Shown here in pieces: positions 17,946-29,486 of a stretch of DNA of 35,624 nt. The notes beneath the pieces are model-generated. The model made no database searches and was not told where the DNA came from. It was given only the letters and a program-made list of their open reading frames with translations. Position numbers and translations under genes: made by a program. Positions within the stretch are counted from its first letter, which is position 1. Each line of letters begins with the position of its first letter. Source of the DNA: Nemertoderma westbladi. Lineage: Eukaryota; Animalia; Xenacoelomorpha. Location of the stretch: the NCBI GenBank assembly GCA_032718475.1, contig JAUCBJ010008772.1:1-35624 (forward strand). Direction: 5' to 3'.

Positions 17946-18979
17946 ACCCAACAATTAGCAATATACAGACTGACATAAATTAAAGAATTATGAAAGAAGT
18001 GTAACACATACTGTAAGGAATAAGGAATATTTATTTTATTTAAGGAATGTGCAGATTTTGGAATACAATTGTATTCCTAAATAAGAAACCCAGGTCAAAA
18101 AGTTTTTATTTAGGGACTTTTAGTATTTATGTGTACAATTTCGATATCTTAAATAAGGTAAATTTAAAAAATCCCCCTTATTTAGGAACTAGTCGTATTT
18201 TTGATGCAATTTTAAAACGCTTGTAGAAAAAAAACCGGACGGTGAAATGTTTTCTGGTTTTTTGCTTTATGTTCAAGAAAGACCCAACTTTTACATTGTG
18301 AAATAAAATTATGCGGTATTTTTTCCTGAAACAAGTTATTGCATATTATATTGAAAAAATATCCAAAAAAGGCCCAAAAACCCCTAAATAAGAGCCATTT
18401 TCCTTAAATAAGAACCCACTTTTGGAGCTTATTTAAGGGTATGTTCCCTACTGAACTGCCTAAGCAGCTAGGCTTGTACAGTCTGCAGTCTGACAGTCAG
18501 ACAGTTGTAGCTGGAATAATTGCTGAAATGCATCGGATCGGATCGGACGGCATCTGACTATAAATGCACCCTACAGTTTTTGTAGCGGTTTAGTATCTGG
18601 CAGCCTGCCAGATTCCGTTAGTGGATGATAGGGCCTATAGAATCAGCTCAACTCAACACATTTGAGCAACTCAGGCGAGCAATTTACAGATGTTTGTCTA
18701 ATTTATATGGCAGTATGGTCTCGTACCGCGAAACCTGCCATGTATATATTATTTCTGTATTTACAGATGTAGGCTTAATTTGGGGTATTGTACCGTGTAC
18801 TGGCTGACTGGTGTACAGTACCGGTACTGGTGGGGTGGGCATACCTGCATACACAGATACAGCTCCTGTATTTTGCCGAATACCGGTACCGGTACTGCAG
18901 TACTGGTACTGTGGTACAGGTGCCAGAGGTAAATCCTTACCCCGCGGTCTGTTACCTCTCTGACAGTCTGACTGACAGC

Positions 18980-21920
18980 GCAACAGCCCTCTCTCGGGCT
19001 CTAGCCAAAGGAAATCACACTTACCGCGATTGTAGATCATATAAAAATTATTCCAAAGAATCTGCCCACAATGAGTTAATGAACAACACCAAACTGGCTA
19101 CCGTGCTGCCGTGTTAACAGCGACCAATGTAAACGAAGCGGCACGTGCACTTACCACTTACTGAGACACTTCAAGAGGTGTTAGACAAGCTGGCACCGAT
19201 GCACAAAGTTCGTATTAGGATTGACTCTGAACCATGGATCAACGCAGAAATTCTTAAAAAAATTAGTGAAAGGAATAATGCTCGAAACTCCTTCAAACGT
19301 AATAAAACTATTGTAAATGAGCAACATTTTAAAGATATTGCTTCATCCACCGCAACAGCAATTGCAAATGCGAAAAACTCATACATAAAGCAAAAACTCC
19401 ATATGTACAAGTCCGATTCCAAGAAACTCTGGAAGGAGCTAAACGCTATTGGTGCCCCATCAAAGAAAAACGTGTCCAAGAACTCTAGCATCACTAGTAT
19501 CAGATCAAATAATGTATTGATTACTGACCCCATTTCAATAGCGGAAGAATTCAATCAATACTTTACATCGATTGCAGGTACTCTATTGGAACAATTACCC
19601 GCTGCATCAGGTAGATATAATTTAAATGTTGTCAATCAATTCTACAGAGACAAAGGAATCCCACTTAATTCGTTTACCTTAAAAATTGTGGACAACTCAG
19701 AGGTTCTTACTATTCTAAATGAACTTGCAGTGGATAAAAGTTCTGGAATTGATGGAATCAGTCCTGGCTTCCTGCGTGACTGCAGCTCCGTAATCGCTGA
19801 GTCGGTGACCCATCTAGTAAACCTATCAATCTCATCATCAACTTTTCCCACTACGTATAAGACTGCCAAAGTAAAGCCACTATTCAAACGCGATTGCAGA
19901 TTGCAAAAGGGTAATTTCAGACCTGTGGCGCTCTTAGTCATTTTATCGAAAGTATTGGAACGAGTCGTGTTCATTCAGTTTGTCGAATTCTTGATTTTTC
20001 ACAATATCCTCGACCAACTGCAATCAGGATTCCGCAAAAACTATTCTGTAGAGACATGCCTACTATTCATGAATAATTACATTAGAGAAGCAGTCGACAA
20101 CGGGTTGGTGACGGGAGTTCTACTTATTGACTTACAAAAGGCCTTTGATACGGTCGATCATACAATCTTATTAGAGAAACTACGGTTAATTGGGTTCGAC
20201 GCTTCAGCAGTGAATTGGTTCCGTTCTTATCTCTCAGATCGAAAACAGCGCGTATTTATTGGGAATGTGTACTCCGCAGAGGCTTTAATAAAGGCTGGCG
20301 TTCCACAAGGTGCTCTTCTCGCAGTGCTACTGTTCCTCATATATGTTAATGACATGGATCTGGCAATTCTTCCCAGCCCGCCGCTATGTACATCCATTGG
20401 ACCTCCAATAACTAAGCATACATCCACTACTGGAATCGTCATAGACTCAAATTGCATCTCACTGAAGCTCGCAGATGATGCCAATGTTCTCTATTCCCAT
20501 AACAATGCAAATGTTATTTCTGCGGTTCTCTCATCGAAACTAAATAATATATTCATGTGGGCAACCGACAATAAACTATCACTAAACTTTGGAAAAACAA
20601 AGAGTATTCTGTTTGGGACCCACCAACGCGTGAATTCTGCAGAACCATTAGACATCGAGTGTGCGAATAAAAAAATAGAACAACAAACGTCAGTGAAATA
20701 TCTTGGCTGTATGTTGGAATCGTCTCTATCAGGGAATCCTATGGCATCGAAGGTGATTAAACGAGGCAACTCGACTCTTCGTTTTCTTTATCGTAAGAGT
20801 GCCCTGCTTGATTATGAAACTAAACGGTTGTTATGTAACACCCTGATTCAACCTCACTTAGACTTTGTTGCATCATGCTGGTATTCCAGTGCCAGCAAAC
20901 AGCTAAAAAGCCAATTACATGCACTGCAACGAAAGTGCGTGCGATTTTGTCTGAGTTTACACCGGCGAGAGCACGTAACCGTCCAGCACTTCGCGGAGAT
21001 GGCGTGGCTACCCTTAGACTACCGTATCGACCAAACTATCGTCACCCATATGTATCGCATTACTCGAGAGCTTTCGCCGCCTTACCTGAGATCCCTCATT
21101 ACACTCAATACAAACATCAATACGAACATCAATCTAAGAGGCAACACGCACAGGGCCGTCGTCCCACGCCGTAAAACCGTATCAGGCACAGAGTGCTTCT
21201 CGTTTGCGGCGCCAAAACTCTGGAATAAGCTCCCTGATGACATCAAAAACAGTGTGTCACTAGAAAGCTTCAAACATAGCGTAAAAAAGTACTACTTCTT
21301 TAAACTACTATCAGGCGACAAATCAAACTATATTTATTTTTTTTAAGGTAATTAATGTCAATGACTGTCAATGCAATTAATTTAGATACCGTTAATCGCC
21401 GAATAATATGCAATATAGACTTCAGCCATCTGTGTCACTGTATTAATTAGTAATCAGTCCGTAACATATTTTAATTTTTAATTTTATCAGTAATACTTAT
21501 CGTTGATGTGTTGAGCTTTTAACTTCTGTATAGCTACGTACAAATCCCCCCTGCGTCGTTCCGTGTCGTCTTTGTTACTTATATTTTGTTATTTTTTTAC
21601 TCACGTGCATTTTGCATTCAATCATCAATCTGTTCAGTAATAATTATCTAGTGTGCTTACTGTAACTACTGTACAGCCACATATTAATTCCACTCTGCCT
21701 CGTTCTGTTGTTTTTGTTCTTATGATATCAATTAATTTTACCTTATCTTTAATTTTAAATCTGTTCAAGTGAGCTATCTACTGTGAACTACGTAGCAATC
21801 CGACCTTGCCCATTTCGTATTAGTTTCATTGATATGTTTTTTGTAAACTTTGTTTTAAAATTTTTTTTTTAATTCTTTTTGAGTGAAACGTTTTTAAGTT
21901 TTAAGTTTTAATATTGATCT
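18980..21920 (+). mobile_element. L2/Crack-type LINE, 5'-truncated, with a long AT-rich 3' UTR (ends approximate)
   Basis: Linker motif RSYKNYSKE at about 19035 followed by an RT ORF; small tandem duplications such as cacttac x2 (19148-19161) break the 5' frame. Confidence 0.8.
19145..21346 (+). CDS. LINE reverse transcriptase (L2/Crack clade, partial ORF2)
   Basis: PWIN, NFRPV, QSGFRK, LIDLQKAFDTVDH, WFRSYLSDRKQ, GVPQG, LADD, VKYLG, LIQPHLDF and KLWNKLP. Confidence 0.93.
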   Translation: MHLPLTETLQEVLDKLAPMHKVRIRIDSEPWINAEILKKISERNNARNSFKRNKTIVNEQHFKDIASSTATAIANAKNSYIKQKLHMYKSDSKKLWKELNAIGAPSKKNVSKNSSITSIRSNNVLITDPISIAEEFNQYFTSIAGTLLEQLPAASGRYNLNVVNQFYRDKGIPLNSFTLKIVDNSEVLTILNELAVDKSSGIDGISPGFLRDCSSVIAESVTHLVNLSISSSTFPTTYKTAKVKPLFKRDCRLQKGNFRPVALLVILSKVLERVVFIQFVEFLIFHNILDQLQSGFRKNYSVETCLLFMNNYIREAVDNGLVTGVLLIDLQKAFDTVDHTILLEKLRLIGFDASAVNWFRSYLSDRKQRVFIGNVYSAEALIKAGVPQGALLAVLLFLIYVNDMDLAILPSPPLCTSIGPPITKHTSTTGIVIDSNCISLKLADDANVLYSHNNANVISAVLSSKLNNIFMWATDNKLSLNFGKTKSILFGTHQRVNSAEPLDIECANKKIEQQTSVKYLGCMLESSLSGNPMASKVIKRGNSTLRFLYRKSALLDYETKRLLCNTLIQPHLDFVASCWYSSASKQLKSQLHALQRKCVRFCLSLHRREHVTVQHFAEMAWLPLDYRIDQTIVTHMYRITRELSPPYLRSLITLNTNINTNINLRGNTHRAVVPRRKTVSGTECFSFAAPKLWNKLPDDIKNSVSLESFKHSVKKYYFFKLLSGDKSNYIYFF

Positions 21921-22671
21921 ACATGAGATACTCATAAGTGCAGCTACTGCCTGGGTTATCTTCTCCCTCCATAACCATAATTGTCCAATTATTTCCAGGG
22001 CAATTCCATCGTTACGGACTCACATTCATACACATTTTTTGAAATTAATTGACATATTTAATTAATAACTTTACAATATGAATAACATTCACCTATGGTG
22101 GCTGATGGATTAATGGTACATCTTTACTTTGACTTATAAAAAAATAGTTATATCTCATTAGATTCATAGGATATTGTAAATATAGTACCCGTTACGGACT
22201 CACATGCAAATGGACAAAGAAAAATTACCCAATTTTATTTTGACAAATTCTCTTGAAATGTTTAACGCCATACGTTATAACTTTCACAATGCGAGGTAGA
22301 TACATCAAATTTTGTAAATTTGTAAGTTAATAGCAGAAACATATGGTGGCAAACCTCATTTATAGAGAAATTGTTCGTTACGGACTCACAGAAAAAAATG
22401 TTACGGACTCACACTTTAAATCGTTATGAACTCGTTATATTGTTTTGACAAAAAGAGCAACGACCAATGAATGTTTATGGTGTTTATTCAATAAATATCT
22501 TTATTACTTATATACCTTTCACAATGTACCTTAAGAATCACTATTTAGATATATATTTAGTAGTGTTCATGGAGTTATAAGGTACATCATATCTATGAGA
22601 TTGAGTAGGCATATTTGATGTGTGTATAGTAGTGTATATTTATCGATCACTAATATCACTGTTAAGTTATT

Positions 22672-22905
22672 CCAGCTTGGCGTAGTTGGTTAAATCGTGG
22701 CATTGAAATCACAGCTCTACTTGGGTCGTGGGTTCGATCCCATCATGGGGGCTAGGGTAGTTTTCGTTTCGGCACGAATACTTTAAAGACAATAAATAGA
22801 CTTATTAGCCATGGCGCATCTCTTCCTTCCGTAAATTGTCGCTAAGTGAGTACTGGAGTTTCCTCTGGGGAATATAGGTCTGGGGGTACCGCACTTGAAA
22901 TAATT
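22672..22905 (+). mobile_element. tRNA-derived SINE (second family)
   Basis: A-box TGGCGTAGTTGG (22678-22689) and B-box GGTTCGATCC (22731-22740); no complete cloverleaf; 3' end approximate. Confidence 0.6.
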
Positions 22906-23030
22906 ATTGAGACTTTGTGCGTAATATGCCTAACGGACGATTTTTTTTGTATCGCAATCCATCATTCGCTCACTCGTTTTATGAAATCTTGGCGAACTTC
23001 GAGGGTATCATACTATACCATCGAAGTCAG

Positions 23031-23616
23031 CCTTCGAATACGTAAGGGAAAGGCATGGGCAGCCTTGAATAGGCTTTCCAGGATTTGGAAGTCAACGAGA
23101 ATTAATCGGAAACTTAAGGTCCGATTATTTAGAGCAGCAGTAGTTCCAGTACTCCTCTATGGGAGTCCATGCTGGGCTCTAACTGCTGAGGACACCAAAT
23201 CTATGGATGGCACATTCACAAGAATGCTACGCCGGGTTCATTGTGTCAAGTACAATGCACACATCTCCAACCAGACTCTATATAACATTGGAGGTGTCTC
23301 ATTGGTACCCCCAAGCTTGACACTAGAACAAAATTGCCTCCGCTTGCTTTGCAGGACATTGCTTTCGCCGGGAGGACCAGCCAGTGCATAATCTAGTACT
23401 TTGGCAGCCTCATGGAGTGAATAAGCATGGTGGACAGCCCATGACTTTCTTGAGACGCATCTTAAAGGACACTGGCCTTGAAGATGCGGATGATCTAGCA
23501 AATGTCATGGGTGATAGATAGGGAGCTGTGGCGGTGCAACTTTGTCGATAAGCCGGCACAGCATTCTTAAAAATGCAGCTGCAATGCAGCATGCCGATCC
23601 TAGTAGTAGTAGTAGT
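23031..23616 (+). mobile_element. 5'-truncated RTE-clade LINE (ORF C-terminus plus (TAG)n tail)
   Basis: RKGKAWAALNRLSRIWKS...KVRLFRAAVVPVLLYGSPCW...DGTFTRMLRR; (TAG)n at 23602-23616; 11-bp TSD ATCGAAGTCAG (23020-23030 and 23617-23627). Confidence 0.9.
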
Positions 23617-24921
23617 ATCGAAGTCAGTAATTTTTGTCATCCGTGATATATGCCGTTTAGCATTTTCTGCCCAGAATTGTGAGTATTAGACGTAAGATAC
23701 AGGATTAAACGGGCGCAATGAAGAATGTCGAACAGTAGGATGATGTATGAATGAATACGTTCGAATAAGAGGAGCTGAATACTTTCAGTTTACATAGTGA
23801 ATAATGTATACAAAGCTGAATGATTCTTACCTAACCTACTTCGGGGTGAGTCCGTAACGGAACATTTGTGAGTCCGTAACGCTATTCTTAAACGTTTCAG
23901 CTGCAATACAGAACATAGAGACCTAATGGATGGCTTTGATTGGTTGTAAACCCAAAGGAAAATGATTGTCAGTGCAATATACATGCGGGGTGTACTCCAA
24001 ATTAAAACTTTAAGTACTTTTCGTTACGGACTCACATAATTATGTAGGCCAAATCTAAAATTTTTGAAACTTTGAATACACAATGCTATTCTGTCAATAT
24101 TCAAATTTTTATCATCAATAAGCTTCTAATAAATGTTGAATGTTCGGTTGGTGTAATTACCTGTCTTAATCAGACAATTTCAATGGTAGTAAGATTATGT
24201 CAAAAATGACATGGATTAATGTCTACAAATTTGAAAATACGTAAAAAAAAATTCCTCATATTGAATAGTGAAAAACCAGTTGTTACCCTCAAGAATATTA
24301 AAATTCCGTCACTTTTATTAAAAATTTCATTCTTTCTCGTCATTTTGATACCAAAGTTATGCTGATTAGATGACTTTTTATTTTCGACGTAAGTGTTACA
24401 TCAATGGTGGAATTGCCCTCCAGTTTTTCTTCCTCGTGTTATTTATATTTTAATTATGCGTGCAGTTAAAAATGCATTTTTACTTGTCGTGCAGTTATTT
24501 TGAGTGTCTATTTCTATTACAATTACAATTACATTAATTTCGCTTTAATTTAATTATTAATTTAATAACATTTAAAAATTAAATCCGCATTTTTTTAGAA
24601 AGATTTTACATTAAAATGTTTTTCAAATTTACATTTAAACATTCAAATAAACGAGAAATACAGAGAACAAAAGAACCATTAAATTAACAATAAAAAAATG
24701 GGAGTACATAAAGAAATTAATTTATTTACGCTTTTAATGCAGTAAAAATGTTGTAAAAACTGATTCAGTGCCCTCGAAAACCTTTAGATAACCTGTACCA
24801 TAACCAATTTCACTTATAAATACTTCAGCCCTCAAGTTAGAAGGCTGAATTCTGGCTGCATGGCCTATTATCTTATCTAGTAGGCCTAGACCTTGTGTCG
24901 TTCAAACGTACTTCTGTCTGA

Positions 24922-25089
24922 CTGTGGGGCGAGCCACGAAGTGAGTGAGCCTTAGCGTAGTGGTACCATTAATCAACCTGTGGGGCGAGCCACGAAGTGA
25001 GTGAGCCTTAGCGTAGTGGTACCATTAATCAACCTGTGGGGCGAGCCACGAAGTGAGTGAGCCTTAGCGTAGTGGTACCATTAATCAAC
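24922..25089. repeat. Three exact 56-bp tandem repeats (element head)
   Basis: ctgtggggcgagccacgaagtgagtgagccttagcgtagtggtaccattaatcaac at 24922, 24978 and 25034. Confidence 0.95.
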
Positions 25090-25152
25090 CTGTCGTTCTG
25101 TCGTTCTGTCGTTCTGTCGTTCTGTCGTTCTGTCGTTCTGTCGTTCTGTCGT
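25090..25152. repeat. (CTGTCGTT)n microsatellite, about 8 copies
   Basis: Seen directly; a shorter copy lies at 26701-26730. Confidence 0.95.
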
Positions 25153-28100
25153 GTTCAATTTTAAACGTTAATAACTCGGCCAATCTTTGATGAAATCTAT
25201 CCAAACTTGGTACACATGTTGTTTGGCAAAAGTTTAGAAATTTTCCAAGTAGAATTTCGGTGTGGCCTTCGAGAAGCTAAGATAATAGCAGTTAATTAGT
25301 TAATTAAGTTGATTACGGTGAAAACACCATTTTAACCTGCCTTTTAAAGGAAATTAATTGTTTTACAGTATAAGATTTAAATAATTATACTTAAAAATTA
25401 TACAGATGTAATCCACATACGCCATTCTATTATAGTTTTTAATTAGTTCAAGTGATTTGCTTTATTAATTGTGTCTTTAATTGATCTAAAGTAATTAAAA
25501 CGTCATAAAAAATTGATTCTCATTAAATACTGCTCATTTATTGGCTAACATGCTGGTACGATGGAAGGATGTGTGTGTAAGGCAGCTATTTGCTGGGAAT
25601 GATTATTGGTCAAGTCTCTGCTGGTTTGGAGCTAGCTGGCTTGGAGTTGTGACTGTAGACTAACCAGAGAGGAATTGTACTGTAATAGGCAACCAGTATT
25701 GCTATTCCAGCCCAGACATCATTCTTGAAATCCAACATCCCAACATCCTTCCTGTATTGACTCTACTATAAGTGTTGTATTGCTATCTCAGGTAAATGAC
25801 AGATATAATAACATAAATACAATCCATGCCATGGCTGTTGTGTAGGCTTCTGAAATAGTTTATTCCACAATGTATATGTCTGGTTATTTTTTAATTGAAT
25901 TTTTGCAAAGTAGTAAAATTAATGTTCTTAAAAATAATATTATTATTTTATATGTAACCTAGGAAATTAGCTACATTTTTTCGCTGCAGCTTTAAGAGTG
26001 TACATTGATTTAATATTATTTCAATACCCATATTACTACATCGGCATAAGATGCGTTGGCGTTGTATCACACATCTCCACATATCACACATCTCCACATA
26101 GTTGTATCAACAGTTACTCGCACAGTTTCGAAACTTCGCATAGTTATAACTGTATAAAGATCGTCAGTCTGCGTTTAGGAAAAATATTTTATGACAAAAC
26201 AGGACAAGCGACGAGCGCAACGAGGCATATAATGAAGACGAGTACTGCGTTGACTAAATTGTTATATAAACCACCTGGCTTCACATATTGATCGCATCCC
26301 TAGTTATTATTATTATAAAGATCGTCCTAGCCTGCGTTTAAGAAATATATTTAAATACAAAACAGGACGAACGCAAAGAGGCTTATAATGAAAACGAGTA
26401 CTGCGTTTATTATATTCCTATAAACCACCTGGCTTTGCATATTTAACGTGCGATTGAAAATAAGTTCGTGCTACCCTTCCGTGGGTGGTAGATGTCGCGG
26501 TTATGTATTGGTGGGTGGGGGGAGGGGGGGGGGGGGGGTGCAGATTAAAAGGGGTGAACACGTACTGTCCCCCTTTCTTTGATTAATTGGTGGTGTGGGT
26601 TAATATTTCATAACCTGATTTTGTGATACAGTCGCACAATTTTAATTTGTATCTCATAACTGGGCCTCGTGCTGCGCGAAGGCCCCACGAACGTGTCTTT
26701 CTGTCGTTCTGTCGTTCTGTCGTTCTGTCGCGTTCAATTTTAAACGTTAATAACTCGGCCAATCTTTGATGAAATCTATCCAAACTTGGTACACATGTTG
26801 TTTGGCAAAAGTTTAGAAATTTTCCAAGTAGAATTTCCGTGTGGCCTTCGAGAAGCTAAGATAATAGCAGTTAATTAGTTAATTAAGTTATTACGGTAAA
26901 AACACCATTTTCAACCTGCCTTTTAAAGGAAATTAATTGTTTTACAGTATAAGATTTAAATAATTTTAATTAAAAATTATACAGATGTAATCCACATACG
27001 CCATTCTATTATAGTTTTTAATTAGTTCAAGTGATTTGCTTTAATAATTGTGTCTTTAATTGATCTAAAGTAATTAAAACGGCAAAAAAAATTGATTCTC
27101 ATTAAATACTGCTCATTTATTGGCCAACATGCTGGTACGATGGAAGGATGTGTGTGTAAAGCAGCTAGTTGCAGGGAATGATTATTGGTCAAGTCTCTGC
27201 TGGTGTGGAGCTAGCTGGGAGTTGTGGCTGTAGACTAACCAGAGAGGAATAGTAATAGGCAACCAGTATTGCTATTCCAGCCCAGACAGCATTCATTCTT
27301 TAAATCCAACATCCCAACATCCTTCCTGTATTGACTCTACTATAAGTGTTGTATTGCTATCTCAGGTAAATGACAGATATAATAACATAAATACTATCCA
27401 TGGCATGGCTGTTGTAGGCTTCTGAAATAGTTTATTCCACAATGTATATGTCTGGTTATTTTTTAATTGAATTTTTGCAAAGTAGTAAAATTAATGTTCT
27501 TAAAAATATTATTATTATTTTATATGTAACCTAGGAAATTAGCTACATTTTTTCGCTGCAGCTTTAAGAGTGTACATTAATTTAATATTATTTCAATACC
27601 CATATTACTACATCAGCATACGATGCGTTGGCGTTGTATCACACATCTCCACATACATAGATGTATCAACAGTTACTCGCACAGTTTCGAAACTTCGCAT
27701 AGTTATAACTGTATAAAGATCGTCAGTCTGCGTTTAGGAAAAATATTTTATAACAAAACAGGACAAGCGACGAGCGCAACGAGGCATATAATGAAGACGA
27801 GTACTGCGTTGACTAAATTATTATATAAACCACCTGGCTTCACATATTGATCGCATCCCTAGTTATTATTATTATAAAGAACGTCCTACCCTGCGTTTAA
27901 GAAATATATTTAAATACAAAACAGGACGAACGCAACGAGGCTTATAATGAAAACGAGTACTGCGTTTATTATATTCCTATAAACCACCTGGCTTTGCATA
28001 TTGAACGTGCGATTGAAAATAAGTTCGTGCTACCCTTCCGTGGGTGAGATGTCGCGGTTATGTATTGGTGGTTGGGAAGGGTGGGGGGGGGGGGATTAAA

Positions 28101-28994
28101 AGGGGTGAACACGTACTGTCCCCCTTTCTTTGATTAATTGGTGGTGTGGGTTAATCTCTCATAACCTAATTTTGTGATACAGTCGCACAATTTTAATTTG
28201 TATCTCATAACTGGGCCTCGTGCTGCGCGAAGGCCCCACGAACGTGTACTACTGCCAGACTGCAGTAACTGTATTATAATTAGGCTTAACATTCATAGTT
28301 GGCTTATAGGCCTATAATCTGATAATTAAGTCATACCGGTACTTAATACTGTAATACTGTCAGACTGTAGGCCTACTGTAATACATTGTTACTTTCTGAC
28401 TTTACAGCTTTACCTGTCTGCCTGTTTACTACAGTCTGACAGTACTAACTGACTAACGTAGGGAAGTCGGGCACGGCACATGCAGACATGACATAAAATT
28501 AAATAAGTCCAAATTTAAAAAAAAATTGTAATTTAAATTTGGATAGGCCTATATGAATTTAAATTTGGATGTACCGGTAATTTCTTATTATCGCCTGATC
28601 GCCACGACATGCAGTCATGCAGACATGCTCAATTTCATTTAGACATGCCTATAAGCTATAACTGTATAATACTGATAATTCTGGAATTAAATAATTATAG
28701 GGGCCCTAATTTAAAACTTTTCACCGTACCGGTCTGCCGGTAGGCCTACGGTTTTAAAATTGATGAAGTACGGTTTTATTCCTAAAGATAACTTTCCATT
28801 TACGCTGTATTCAAAATTGGATTTTTTATTTAAAATTAAACTTACGATTTAAATTTGGACTTGAGATTTCGCCACTGGCTGACTGGCAGACTGGCAAATC
28901 TATATTTACTATTCAGCTATTACATACCGGCTGACCGGTACGGTAAACGGTACTGACATATGCCTTTCTGCCTGTCCTATCCCTGTAGTGTGTG

Positions 28995-29480
28995 CCAGGC
29001 TGCAAATGGAGTGCAAAAATTACAACGCTTTGTGCGCGGTTTTGAAATATTGCGCGGTAAAAGTGCGCGGAATTGAAATAAAAGTGCGCGGAATTGTGTG
29101 AAAAACACCAAAAGCAGAAAAGTGCGCGGTAATCTGTGCAAAATATTAAAAGTCACAGTCAGACCACAGACAGTGCGCGGATGAGGTGTAAAAAAAGTTA
29201 TAAAGTGTGTGCAAAACTGCAATTTAATGAGAAAATTAATTAGACATAAAAAAATGTCACTCACATCGCTCGCGTTTCTTTTCCATTTTGCATTGTTAAA
29301 ATAAAACAATTTCGCTCGCTTCGCTCTGTCGCTCGCGTTTTTTTTTTCATTTTAGACCTACTGACCTATATCTGTATATGCTACCGGTACCGTACATACA
29401 TATACCGGTAACAATTAAAAATTTCGCTCGCGTTTCGTTTTCATTTTACATTGTTAAAATGAAAAATTTCGCTCGTGTTT
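28995..29480. repeat. Unclassified repeat fragment with multiple GTGCGCGG and TCGCTCGC motifs
   Basis: About six TGCGCGG and several TCGCTCGC words clustered in AT-rich DNA; termini not resolved. Confidence 0.35.
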
Positions 29481-29486
29481 TTTTCG

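Larger units (their letters stand above)
15349..18453. mobile_element. DNA transposon with ~430-bp TIRs and a MULE-type transposase remnant
   Basis: CAGTAGGGAACATACCC...GGGTATGTTCCCTACTG; arms 15349-~15778 and ~18025-18453 carry about eight CTTATTTA(A/G)G motifs each; flanked by AACTG on both sides. Confidence 0.88.
21998..24418. mobile_element. Non-autonomous DNA transposon with GGG termini and a 4-bp TSD (Sola2-like)
   Basis: TIR GGGCAATTCCA (21998-22008) / TGGAATTGCCC (24408-24418); TSD TCCA on both sides; seven internal GTTACGGACTCAC motifs. Confidence 0.75.
24922..28247 (+). mobile_element. Head-to-tail tandem (two ~1.55-kb units) of a Helentron/DINE-1-like non-autonomous element
   Basis: Units ~25090-26696 and ~26701-28247 are highly similar; each starts with (CTGTCGTT)n and ends with the hairpin GGGCCTCGTGCTGCGCGAAGGCCC; no TSD or ORF. 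The duplication is certain, the family is inferred. Confidence 0.65.

Noticed and set aside
22672-22745. tRNA gene
   Set aside because: A and B boxes are present but there is no cloverleaf; treated as a SINE head.
22846-23030. N-terminal part of the 181-aa ORF
   Set aside because: It lies outside the RTE TSD; a fortuitous open frame through SINE and transposon sequence.
22011-24036. Interspaced GTTACGGACTCACA repeats as a CRISPR or iteron array
   Set aside because: Too short, irregularly spaced, in both orientations and enclosed by transposon TIRs.
24922-25089. CRISPR-like repeat array
   Set aside because: The 56-bp units are contiguous with no unique spacers, there are no cas genes and the context is eukaryotic.
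26120-26175. Hammerhead ribozyme on the - strand (CTGACGA ... GAAA)
   Set aside because: No stem II pairing between the core motifs and no stems I or III found.
25998-27850. Duplicated short ORFs (97 and 75 aa)
   Set aside because: They lie within the tandem repeat units, their 5' parts differ by frame-disrupting indels and they have no recognisable domain.
28505-28862. Inverted pair AAGTCCAAATTTAAA / TTTAAATTTGGACTT as MITE termini
   Set aside because: The motif also recurs internally and no TSD or clear ends could be defined.
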